A stretch of DNA of 64,000 nt from a virus (lineage: Duplodnaviria > Caudoviricetes): positions 64,001 to 128,000 of IMG/VR virus record IMGVR_UViG_3300037400_002732, one strand, 5' to 3'. A program made the translations under genes and the position numbers. The notes below the pieces were generated by a model. It worked only from the letters and a program-made list of their open reading frames with translations. It had not been told where the DNA came from and searched no databases. Shown one piece after another: positions 35,678-45,800 of the stretch. How positions within the stretch are numbered: the first letter of the stretch is position 1; each line of letters starts with the position of its first letter.

Positions 35678-37458
35678 TGCAACCCCAACAACAGTTAATA
35701 CAGCCTTCCGTCGTTCGGTTCGCTTATTACGATCCGGTACTGTGTGAAGTTCAGATTACTTCGCCAGATCCCAAGACTGTACACTTGATTAACAGTTTTA
35801 TAGCCGCTTCGATGACTTTCTATGACAAGCAGAAGTCGAGACAGTGGGAAGTCAAGGAAGGCTTCAAGACCGCCTTTGTCACATTTTACGACAAGTCTAC
35901 CCATTTACTACCGATCGGACTGATTCCTCGCGTGAGTCGTCTGGTTATTAGCCGTTTCAAATCCAAGATCGACTTGTCCAAGGAAATTAAGGACTTGTTC
36001 GTCGCGCCGTACGGAACTCTTACTTCCAGTGAAATCATCGGATTTGCCAATACGTTGAATTTGCATAACGCGAACACGAACAAGCCGATCGTTCCGTATG
36101 AACACCAGTACAAGCTGGCCGAACGTGCGTTGAACGGACGTAGGATTTCATTACTAGCTTGTACGAGTGCTGGCAAGTCGCTGGCCATGTGCATTATCGC
36201 GAGATACTTGATTTCTAGGGAAAAAAAGAAGTTACTAATCGTTGTTCCGTCCACTAACTTGGTGAAGCAGCTATTCACCGATTTTCAAGATGACTACGGT
36301 TGGGCGGACGCTCGCAAGTACTGTACGCTAATTTATTCCGATTCTGACGACAAGCTAACGAAATCCAAGAAGGAGCAGCTTGCGAAGTATGGTCTCGGCG
36401 AAGACAGTGTACTGAAGCAGATTACGATTTCGACTTGGCAGTCATTACAACGTAAGCCGGACAAGTTTTTTGAGTGCTTTACCGCCGTCATGGTGGATGA
36501 AGCGCATTCGACTCGTGGTGTCAAGCTGCGCGACATTTTGACCAAGTGTGTTAATGCCGCCGATTTCAAGATTGGCGTGTCCGGTACTTTGCCGGATGAC
36601 GGCATCGATGCTGGCTATATCGAAAGCCAGCTGGGCCGTAAGGAAGAAATTGTTCGTTTGAAGGAACTCGTGTCCAAGGGCGTTCTGACTCCAGTAACGG
36701 TCAATGCAATCTTGATCCCATATCCGCCGCAGCTACGCAAGATGATCTGCCGTCAGACTTACGACGATGAAGTCGCATTCTGTTCGGCCAATACTTCTCG
36801 TCGCGATATCATCAAGATTTTGATCGATAAGAACAAGATAAACACTTCGCAGAATACTGTTATCTTGTTCAAGAATATCGAGCCACTGGAAGTCATGCAC
36901 GATTACTTGAAGGTAAACTATCCGCAGTTCCAGTACCACATCATCAAGGGTGACGTGTCGGTAGATGACCGCGAAAATATCCGTAAGTCGATCGAGTATT
37001 CGACCGGGCACATTATATTGGCTACCTACGGATGCATGAAGCAAGGCGTGAACATCAAGTTACTACACAACCTGGTATTTGCCGAGCCAGCGAAATCGAT
37101 TTACATGGTCGTGCAGTCTATTGGTCGTGTCGTCCGTCCGCATAAGGACAAGAAGATGGCTTACGTCTATGACTTGGTCGATGACGCTTCGTACCAGTAT
37201 ATGTCTCGCTCTGGTTATCCGTGCTTGAAGACGAACTACATGATGAAGCACTACGACATCCGCCGTTCTTACTACGACGCTGACGAAATTCCGGTAAACG
37301 AGATTAACTTCAGCGGTCTCTATGAAGCGAAGATCGACGAGGAAGTCATTGCCGAGCGCAAGCGCAAGGCTGCAGAGAAGGCGAAGGCAAAGGCCGAGAA
37401 GGTACAGAAGGCTGCCACCAAGAACGTATTCAAGAATAAATTTTTCCGTAAGGGTTAA
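35677..37458 (+). CDS. uvsW: UvsW SF2 DNA helicase
   Basis: PYEHQ, TSAGKS, VVPSTNLVKQ, STWQSL, DEAH, GVSGT, GVNIKLLHN, QSIGRVVR; start 35677 by stop/start overlap. Confidence 0.95.
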   Translation: MQPQQQLIQPSVVRFAYYDPVLCEVQITSPDPKTVHLINSFIAASMTFYDKQKSRQWEVKEGFKTAFVTFYDKSTHLLPIGLIPRVSRLVISRFKSKIDLSKEIKDLFVAPYGTLTSSEIIGFANTLNLHNANTNKPIVPYEHQYKLAERALNGRRISLLACTSAGKSLAMCIIARYLISREKKKLLIVVPSTNLVKQLFTDFQDDYGWADARKYCTLIYSDSDDKLTKSKKEQLAKYGLGEDSVLKQITISTWQSLQRKPDKFFECFTAVMVDEAHSTRGVKLRDILTKCVNAADFKIGVSGTLPDDGIDAGYIESQLGRKEEIVRLKELVSKGVLTPVTVNAILIPYPPQLRKMICRQTYDDEVAFCSANTSRRDIIKILIDKNKINTSQNTVILFKNIEPLEVMHDYLKVNYPQFQYHIIKGDVSVDDRENIRKSIEYSTGHIILATYGCMKQGVNIKLLHNLVFAEPAKSIYMVVQSIGRVVRPHKDKKMAYVYDLVDDASYQYMSRSGYPCLKTNYMMKHYDIRRSYYDADEIPVNEINFSGLYEAKIDEEVIAERKRKAAEKAKAKAEKVQKAATKNVFKNKFFRKG

Positions 37459-37460
37459 TC

Positions 37461-38819
37461 ATGGAATTCAAGTCAAAGCCCATCAAGAGTTATCCGTACA
37501 AGAATAAGCGTCTCATGGTCATAGACTGGGCTTCGCTTTCATATCATCAGCTCTGGTCACTAAAGACGAAGAGCAGTAAGCAACGTCTCGGTAGCGTACT
37601 TGCCGAAGACGAGGAACTGACCGTATGGCGTTCAAAGATGTTCAACCGCATGCTCGACTATATCCGTCTGTTCAATCCACTGGATATCATTCTTTGCCTC
37701 GAAGGAAAGAATGCATGGCGCAAGAAGGTAGTGAAGGACTACTATTCCGAACATGCCATGATCTATTGGGATAACGTTGGTTACTATGTATCGAGCGACA
37801 ATTACACGTATCGCGTGACGAAGGAAGGCGAAGACTGCTATTCAGTCAACAAGGTTTCGCCTCGTGTGAAGGCCGTGTATGAATCGCTAGACCATCGTGT
37901 CCTTGGTAAGCTGCCGCAGAAGACTCAAGACATGCTGTGGAGTATCAAGACATCGACAGGTACTCCGGTTCTTCCGTCATACAAGGGAAAGCGTGGCGCG
38001 TCCGCGTGGGACTTCAGCGTTGACAAGAAGTACTGGCAAGCGTATAAGGATGAATACGCGATGGAACTGGCACCGTTCTTCCGTGCCAAGGCGGTCAAGT
38101 GCGCCATTGCCGAAGGTGACGATATGATCTACGCTGCTGTCAAGAAGTATAGCGGCGATTACGACGACATCATTGTCATCACACGCGACTCCGATATGTC
38201 CCAGATCGATGTGAAGAATGTAAAGATTTTTAATCATACGTCGGAAAGCTTTGTTGAATGTGCTTATCCTCAGCAGTACCTTGCTGCCAAGGTTCTGTCT
38301 GGCGATACCTCTGACAATATTCGAGGCATGGCCTTCGTGGACGCCAAGACTGGCGAGCTGAAACCCAGCAAAGCTAACGGCGTGTCCGAAAAAGAAGCCG
38401 TGATTCTTATGGAAAGCTGTCCAAATATTTACGCAGTTGCTGAGGCTAACGGCTGGGCAGACCAGTACATGAGAAACCGTACACTGATCGATCTCTCGAT
38501 GGTGCCGCGTAACGTGTCCGAGGCTATCGACGAGGTGCTGGAACAGCCAGCCCCAGCGTTGAACATCGACTGGGCTAAGGCTGCTGAATGGGGATTCCCA
38601 GAGGCCAAGGTTGACTATTATCGTACGCTGCAGCAGTTCGGATTCTTCTCGGTGATTGCTCGTGAAAATGCCAACCCAGAGTCGTTCCAAGGCGAAATGT
38701 TGGCTCGCAAGGAAACCGAAATGAACCAGAAGTTGCTTGACGAAACGTCCAGTGGGCTCGATTTTGGCGAAATTGGCGAAGAGTTCGGCATGCCCACATT
38801 TGACTTATCGGACATTTAA
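37461..38819 (+). CDS. rnh: T4 RNase H-like 5'-3' exonuclease (FEN family)
   Basis: VIDW, EGKNAWRK, YKGKR, EGDDMI, TRDSDMSQ, GDTSDNI. Confidence 0.92.
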   Translation: MEFKSKPIKSYPYKNKRLMVIDWASLSYHQLWSLKTKSSKQRLGSVLAEDEELTVWRSKMFNRMLDYIRLFNPLDIILCLEGKNAWRKKVVKDYYSEHAMIYWDNVGYYVSSDNYTYRVTKEGEDCYSVNKVSPRVKAVYESLDHRVLGKLPQKTQDMLWSIKTSTGTPVLPSYKGKRGASAWDFSVDKKYWQAYKDEYAMELAPFFRAKAVKCAIAEGDDMIYAAVKKYSGDYDDIIVITRDSDMSQIDVKNVKIFNHTSESFVECAYPQQYLAAKVLSGDTSDNIRGMAFVDAKTGELKPSKANGVSEKEAVILMESCPNIYAVAEANGWADQYMRNRTLIDLSMVPRNVSEAIDEVLEQPAPALNIDWAKAAEWGFPEAKVDYYRTLQQFGFFSVIARENANPESFQGEMLARKETEMNQKLLDETSSGLDFGEIGEEFGMPTFDLSDI

Positions 38820-38828
38820 AGTTATATT
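38800..38828 (+). promoter_or_regulatory. Sigma70-like promoter TTGACT-N17-TATATT
   Basis: Near-consensus hexamers with 17 bp spacer upstream of GAGG and ATG 38845. Confidence 0.55.
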
Positions 38829-38844
38829 TTGATTGAGGTTTTAT

Positions 38845-40500
38845 ATGGCTAATACACCAGTAAACGCATTGGTTCGTGTAGCAACGAACAATGATCTTGA
38901 TTTTATTGAATGGCTCGAATACCATATCGCGCTAGGTTTTGACCGTATCTACGCATACGACACCGGGAACCATGGCTGGCTTCCGGAAGTATGCCGCAAG
39001 CATTCTGACCACGTCACTCTTATTCCGATGGCGAATAACGACTGGCGTAAGAAAAGTAACATCATCAAGGCGTATGTCGAGCAGACGTTGGATCCGTCTT
39101 GGGCTGTCTGTCTCGAAGACGATGAATATATCTGGATGGATTTGAGTATTTCTCGTTCCATCAGTAATTTCATCAACAAGCATGTCGCGCCACGCTCACT
39201 CGCCATGTCGGTCTATGTGAAGTACATGTCTTCTGAAAAGCCGATGAAGAGCCGTGTCGGTACTTTGATCGATTGCTTCCAGCATGTTCGACCGAATCCG
39301 CAAGGTTTTGTTCATCCGTGCCAGTTGACTCCGAACTGCTCCTTTACGTTCTTCTACGTGCCGAACAACAAGTGTGTGCCGATGAGCGGCCCACTTACTC
39401 CGAATGTGAAAATGTGGATCGACTCTCGTGGCAGTGCATTGGATAACGCCCACTTGGGCGCATATCTGGCTTCACAGAGCTACAACCCAGACATCTATCC
39501 GATTCGCGGTTACAAGTACGCTCTGAAGTCTGGCATTGAAATGGGCATGGCTCCAGGAACCAAGCCGGTCGGCTATACCGTCCGCGACAACCACATGCTT
39601 GAAGCAAGGGCTGCGTTGCTCCGCATTCCGGTCAACGAATCTACCGAGACTATTTATGCCAAGTCTGAAGTTCTTGTCGAAAAGCCAGCACTTCCGAAGC
39701 GCGAATTGTCTCCGGAAGAAACTGCCGAACTCGAATTGCCAGTACCGCTCGGCAAGATTGACACCTTTATCCTTTACGGCTATCCGCTTGAACATGTTAT
39801 CGAGTTTGCCGCGAAGAATGGTTACGAAGATACCGAAGAACATCGCGAGGTTATCAAGCGTGTCTATCGTCGCGAATGCTCCATGATTATTGAATCTACT
39901 CCGGTGTACAAGCGTCTGTACGAAATGGACAAGCTTGGCCATTACACTGACGACATGGTGTGCGCCGAATTGAAGATTAGCTATCCGGCGTTGGTGAAGA
40001 TGCGTAAGTGCATGTCGGTTCTCGACATCGAAGAACACGAACAGAAGAAGGAAGAAACCGCTAAGGTCGAAGCTGCCGCAGATGCCGAACAGGCAAAGGC
40101 TGTGGTTGATGCTGACAATATCGCCGACCTCACTTCCCAGTTCGATGCGACCGTGAATGCAAATCCGGTGTCTAAGGAAGACGAAAAACGTTTTGAAATC
40201 AAGGTCGAGGAACGTCGTGCGAAGCGTCGTGAACAGAACAAGAGGTCGAAGGAACGCAAGAAGGCTAACGAAGAAGCCAAGAAGCAGTCCCTCGAAGTAA
40301 CCACGCCGACTGAACCGATTGACACTAAGGTTGAAATGAAACCGAAGGCTGAGGCACTGAAGGTTATTGAGGAACCGAAGGATGAAGAGCCAGCTCAGAC
40401 TGCTGCTACTGCCGCAGAAGAGGAAGTGGTTCTCGATCTTGGTGCTGACGACTTGCTTTCCAATACTGACCTTTCTGCGTTTGGGAATGTAGATGCATAA
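38845..40500 (+). CDS. Glycosyltransferase-like protein (GT2_4/GT92-type N-terminal domain) with charged C-terminal extension
   Basis: FIEWLEYHIALGFDRIYAYDTG and WAVCLEDDEYI; ATG 38845 with GAGG RBS. Confidence 0.75.
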   Translation: MANTPVNALVRVATNNDLDFIEWLEYHIALGFDRIYAYDTGNHGWLPEVCRKHSDHVTLIPMANNDWRKKSNIIKAYVEQTLDPSWAVCLEDDEYIWMDLSISRSISNFINKHVAPRSLAMSVYVKYMSSEKPMKSRVGTLIDCFQHVRPNPQGFVHPCQLTPNCSFTFFYVPNNKCVPMSGPLTPNVKMWIDSRGSALDNAHLGAYLASQSYNPDIYPIRGYKYALKSGIEMGMAPGTKPVGYTVRDNHMLEARAALLRIPVNESTETIYAKSEVLVEKPALPKRELSPEETAELELPVPLGKIDTFILYGYPLEHVIEFAAKNGYEDTEEHREVIKRVYRRECSMIIESTPVYKRLYEMDKLGHYTDDMVCAELKISYPALVKMRKCMSVLDIEEHEQKKEETAKVEAAADAEQAKAVVDADNIADLTSQFDATVNANPVSKEDEKRFEIKVEERRAKRREQNKRSKERKKANEEAKKQSLEVTTPTEPIDTKVEMKPKAEALKVIEEPKDEEPAQTAATAAEEEVVLDLGADDLLSNTDLSAFGNVDA

Positions 40501-42754
40501 GATTATTTTCAAGGAATTGGAATTCCGTAACTTCATGAGTTACGGTAATACCAAGAACGTGTTTGAATTTCATGACGGCCTTACTTGGTTGAGCGGTGAC
40601 AACGGCTTCGGTAAGTCCGCCATCGTCGAAGCGATGACTTTCGCCTTGCTCGGTGTCTCCTACCGTGGCGGAAAGAAGGAAGAGCTTCGTAACTCAAAGA
40701 ATGCCGAAGATGGCGTACCGACCACGGTGATGCTGACGTTCGATACGGATGATCCGTTGGACGGTTTGAACTCGTATCGCGTAACTCGAACGATTTCCGG
40801 CAAGACATCTACGGTCAAGTTTGTCATCGAAAAGATGGAAGACGGCGACTGGGTGACTCAGAATAAGCGAGCTGGATTCAGCCAGCAAGACTTCCAAGAC
40901 AAGATTCTGCAATTCAACGAAATCTTGTTCAAGAATGTCATTGCGATGAATACTCAAGAAACTTTGCCGTTCTTCATGCTGCCTCCAGCAGAAAAGCGCA
41001 AGCTTCTTGAATCTATCATTTCGCTGTCCCTTGATGTATGGAAGAAGGCTAACAGCAAGCGTCTGTCGGAAGCTACTGTGTCTCTCAATGTGGCTCAAGC
41101 CGAGTCTGACCAGTTGAAGGACGAAATCGCCGAACTCGCCAAGATTCTCAATCAAATGAAGGAAGAGCGTTCCGACAACTTGGAGCAGATGAAAGCTGAC
41201 TTGGCTACAAATGAGGCTACGCTTGCCGAACTGAATGCCAAGATTGACGAGCTGAACAATACTCGCCGCCAATGGAATGAAGACCTTAACGGTCTCAGCA
41301 AGAAGCTTCGCAAGGAATCTTCCGTAGATGCTCGCATCGAAGAAATTCGCAATACGACGAATAGCGTGGCGCAACTGGAATCTGCTAAGACTCAGTTGGA
41401 TGAAGCTCAAGCTGAATATGACCGAGTTATCCGTGATACCGCCAAGGACACCGAGGAAGTCCAGCGGGCTCGCGATAATCAGATTATTCAGCGAGACAAC
41501 ATCGATAAGTTGACTGATGAGAAGAATCGTTTGGAACGATCCGTTGCCTCCAAGGGAACAACGTTGGATTTGACCATTAAGCGTCGCGACGGATATGCTG
41601 AAACCGCCAAGTCGTTTGTGGTGGGCACACCGTGTCCTACTTGCGGTCATATTTCCGACGAGTCCGACTTGGAACGCCACAAGGAAACGTTGAGAGTCCA
41701 GTGGACTGAAGCCAACAACGAGGTGAAGGCTCTCAAGAAGGAAATCGCAGACATCAACAACGATATTGCAGAGCATGATCGGTTGATTGAGGAAGCAGAC
41801 AAGCTTGAAGCCGATTACGGCGGCACTGTTACCGTGTATGACGAAAACATTGCTCCGTTGATCATGAAGGCCCAAGGTTCTCTGGATGCGGCGAAGAACA
41901 ACTATGCAAAGTTGAGCCGAATTGCGTCTGGGTTTGACGCCGATGCAATCAATGCTGAACTTGAGTCGTTGAAGGCTGAGAAGGCTAGCTTCCCGGCAAT
42001 TCGCGAGGCATACGAAACTAAGGCAACCGAAATCAACGAACTGACCGACCAGATTGGCGAAGTCAATGGACAGATCAACCATGCCGACCGAGAAATCGAC
42101 CGTTTGAAAGGCGAAATCGAAAAGGCTGAAAATGCTACCGACGACGCGATCGCGGTCATGGAAAGCAAGATTACTCGCAATAAGGCAATGCGCCAAGATG
42201 CGTTGAGCCGTATGCAGAAGGCGAGCGATACCATGTTGATCTGCGATGTCGTTACAAAGATTTGCGCAGACCAAGGCGGTATGAAGCAGATGGTCTTCTC
42301 GATGTTTGTTCCGGCATTCAACAAGGCTGTCGCTCGTAATTTGAAGAGAGCTAACTTGCCGTTCAGTGTCCAGTTTACCGACTCGATGGACTTTATCTAC
42401 ACGCCGTATCCGGGCGGCGCACCGTCCTACAAGATGCTGTCTCAAGGGCAGCATAGAAAGTTGGACTTTGCGGTCGCTATGGCATTCCGCGACTTCGTGG
42501 CCCTCATTGGAAACTTCAATGTCAACTTCTTGTCTCTCGACGAAGTGCTGGATATTTCCACTGACGACAACGCTATGCGCGACATGCTTGACTTGGTGAA
42601 GGACATGCTCGATGAAATCGGATGTGCCGTCATTATCACCCATCGTGGGTCTGTCGTGGCCGATAAGTTCGATTATCGTCAGAAGGTAACGAACAACGGT
42701 ATGTACTCCATGTTGACTCCGTTGAAGCCGATGTGGATGAAAGAAGCCAGTTAA
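40493..42754 (+). CDS. gp46: SbcC/Rad50-like recombination ATPase (T4 gp46-like)
   Basis: FRNFMSYGN, Walker A GDNGFGKS, coiled coil with Zn hook CPTC, signature LSQGQ, LDE, ITH. Confidence 0.95.
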   Translation: MHKIIFKELEFRNFMSYGNTKNVFEFHDGLTWLSGDNGFGKSAIVEAMTFALLGVSYRGGKKEELRNSKNAEDGVPTTVMLTFDTDDPLDGLNSYRVTRTISGKTSTVKFVIEKMEDGDWVTQNKRAGFSQQDFQDKILQFNEILFKNVIAMNTQETLPFFMLPPAEKRKLLESIISLSLDVWKKANSKRLSEATVSLNVAQAESDQLKDEIAELAKILNQMKEERSDNLEQMKADLATNEATLAELNAKIDELNNTRRQWNEDLNGLSKKLRKESSVDARIEEIRNTTNSVAQLESAKTQLDEAQAEYDRVIRDTAKDTEEVQRARDNQIIQRDNIDKLTDEKNRLERSVASKGTTLDLTIKRRDGYAETAKSFVVGTPCPTCGHISDESDLERHKETLRVQWTEANNEVKALKKEIADINNDIAEHDRLIEEADKLEADYGGTVTVYDENIAPLIMKAQGSLDAAKNNYAKLSRIASGFDADAINAELESLKAEKASFPAIREAYETKATEINELTDQIGEVNGQINHADREIDRLKGEIEKAENATDDAIAVMESKITRNKAMRQDALSRMQKASDTMLICDVVTKICADQGGMKQMVFSMFVPAFNKAVARNLKRANLPFSVQFTDSMDFIYTPYPGGAPSYKMLSQGQHRKLDFAVAMAFRDFVALIGNFNVNFLSLDEVLDISTDDNAMRDMLDLVKDMLDEIGCAVIITHRGSVVADKFDYRQKVTNNGMYSMLTPLKPMWMKEAS

Positions 42755-42759
42755 GTTAT

Positions 42760-42802
42760 GCCTCGGTTGCATGAACTGATAAACTAGGCGTGTAACCGAG
42801 GC
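42760..42802 (+). promoter_or_regulatory. Late promoter (42777-42785) inside an RBS-sequestering hairpin
   Basis: GCCTCGGTTGCA / TGTAACCGAGGC 12 bp stem (one G-U); loop holds TGATAAACT; 3' arm holds the GAGG RBS of ATG 42809. Confidence 0.75.
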
Positions 42803-42808
42803 TTTCTC

Positions 42809-45800
42809 ATGGCTGGATTATTTGACTTCGAACATTACTACAAGGAAATGAATATCAAAACTGACATCAAGCTCGATGTCAGTGATATTCCTATGAAGAG
42901 TTCCGCCACTTCGTCCGTTATGAACGAGGATGGTACGATCGATGAAGTCAACATGAATGAACTCGTCACGAATAACGTGATGTATAAGATTGCCGTTATT
43001 TATGTCAACGGCGCCAAAATTCCTACTGGCTCTCGTATCGTATTGACGACCAATTCTATTGAAGACGATTCAGCGGTCACTACGGTTAATACCTATTATC
43101 TGGCTGTTGGATATCCGTTGGATGACCTTGTGTCGTCCGGTCTGTATGATATACCGGAAACTCGTTCCGTACTTCCGAATATTACCTTGAATGTCGGCGA
43201 AACTCAACTTGACAATGGCGTAACTTTGGCTGGCATGAAGCTGTGCTCGAATAATGAAAGCGATACTCACGGAACCGACATCGCGTCGGTGACATTGCAA
43301 GTCATTCCTCGCGTTCGTCTGGAAAATCCAGACGCCAAGCTGGACATGACACCGTATGATCCGTCATATCCGAACACTGACCAAAATTTCTGGCATGAAG
43401 CCAATTACTTGAATACTGTTCGCGCTCTTGCTGGAGTTGGCTTGATGGGCAGTATGTACAAGGGTATGAAGTGGTATGATTCCAAGGCATACAAGGCCGC
43501 TGGCGTTTACGGTTATGATTCGTTTGTCAAAATGGTCAATAACTTGTCTAAGGTGGCAAAGGAAAATAACCTCGGTATCAAGACATGCTTCTATGACCGT
43601 TCATACATGGACAAGGTGACATACACTAACACGATGTCGAAGTGGGCTTACTTGAGGGCCACGATACGCGCTGACTGGACTAGGACGGATATTAAGAAGA
43701 ACGCCAAGGCGAATGCCGTGTACGGAAGCCCGGTTGCTGCGTTCGAGTCCAAATGTCGCTCACGTTCGGACGATCCTCTGCCGAACATTATCAAGGACGG
43801 TTCTACTGCTCTGATTCCGACCGTGTCGGACGTGTTCAAGAAATTGTATGAAAGCAAGGAAGACCTTGCGCAAGAATTTACTGACCAGTTTTTCGAGACT
43901 TACAAAAGCATCACCAGCATCAAGGGCGTAAGAAGGTTCATGTCGAGTTCGCTCAAGAGAAAGCTGGATTCGGCTAAGTGGGCCTTGAAGAAGGCCGGTA
44001 AAGGCGAACCCCAGTACATGTTGGATCTGGCGTCATGCCGAAATTATCTTGAGTATCTGGACGATCAGCCAGCGTTTACTCATCCAGTCGATGCGGTTGT
44101 CTCACATCCGTCCAATCCTACGTTATATCGTAACTTTACGAATTGCGTACGAATGATTAGCGAATGGGGTTTTAACGTCAAGGTAAATACTGGTGCCACC
44201 GCTGATTTGACGAAGTACTTTGTCGGTACTTATCATGGGCCGGACTACAACAAGGATCTGTATGCCTTGCATTATGACACTATGGGTGAAGATGGTTATG
44301 CCGATTGGCAAATTTCTTCGTCCAAGGTGAAACTGTCCGAAGTCAAACAGATGCTTTGCGATTACTATACCGGGTTTTACAACGCTAAGTTTAACCACGA
44401 GGAAGGTTCTGATCTTTACGTCAAGTGGTTCTACAACCCAGCTGGCAATTCTTCTGAAGAAAAGTATCGAGGCACCATCACGTACGATGACGGAACTGGT
44501 ACGATGGTTACCAAGGAATTTGGTATTGCCGATTACCAAGAAGGTAAAGACGGTTCGTTTGTTCAAGATCCAACCAATATTCGTGATGCAGTCATCAAGG
44601 GCAATACGGTTATACTTTATACTGGTACGTCTCGCGCATACATTGACATCATGCTTCGAATAATCAGTGCTCTGTACCAGTCCGTTGAATCTGATCGTGG
44701 TCTTGATTATTACGAATGGGTGAATTTCTATACCGCGTACTTCTCGAATGATGACTATGAAATCAGTATTGTCGATTGGGACAGTGCATCGACGGCAAGC
44801 GACCTCATTAACTTGAGCGAATTTTATCCGTCATACATGACACTTGATGACATGGGTCAGGCGGAGGATTATACGATTAACGACAGTGTCTACTTTGCCG
44901 AAAACGTGATGGAAGAAGCACTTGATGAAATCGATACCATATTGAGCGTACAAGGTTTATTGCTTGGGCCGACATTCTTGCTAATCCAGAAGTTGAGGCT
45001 GCGCGGAGCTAATAGCGAATACGCCGAGCTTCAGAATGTCATCAATAGGATAAAGTGGTATCAGATATACACGAATGAATCTGTGTTTGACAACAAGACC
45101 TTTATAGGCACTCGACTGGATTATTCATACGAAACGTGTCCGTACTTCTATATGCCAGCGCGTTTCCTTATTCCGGTAGAAATGTACCGAAGGGTTCGCA
45201 TAAAGTATAGACGCCTATTCCGTACTCGACATAAGACGGTGAAGCGTTCGATTGGCGTTCGTTGGTGTGAAGTTACTTTTGTAGACAACGATGTCTACGA
45301 AGCGTATCCGCAGAATTCGGATGTACCTCAGCAGTTCTACCCGATTGGCCGCAACGCAGCGGTTTCTACGGTTGGCGATACGACTACGTTCACGTTTGAT
45401 ACTCCGATTGAGGGCGATGCCGCCGATCAGATTGACGTAGGCGATGTTACTAAGTTTAATGAAGGCTCGCTATTGTTGGTGAGCATGGACGGCGTAGAAG
45501 TTCCAGTCAAGTTCAATAATGCGTACAAGTTTACCTCGGACGCAGTTGAAGGAATTGGTGCCTCCGTCTATGTTGTCGGAATTTATGTTCCGCTTGAAAA
45601 TACGGCTAAATCCGATGAACGAACCAAGGTTCGTGTCGAGTACAAGATGCCGTATATACCGTATGATTCCGAATTGCGCCGCTGGGCGTTCATGAACTAC
45701 GGTGCATTCGACCAAGACAAGTATGCCTCAGATACTCGTGAAGTTCCAGCAGACCCAGACAGCAAAACGCCGGGCTGGGTGATCTTCAAGAACAGTTCGA

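Noticed and set aside
37740-37970. Insertion in RNase H as a possible intein or intron
   Set aside because: In frame, short, and without intein terminal residues or homing-endonuclease motifs.
40694-42772. Long antisense ORFs (692 aa here; also 49483-50982, 56033-57427, 33787-34773, 39472-40536, 61644-62636)
   Set aside because: Shadow frames opposite well-supported genes, explained by codon bias; no RBS, promoter or motifs.
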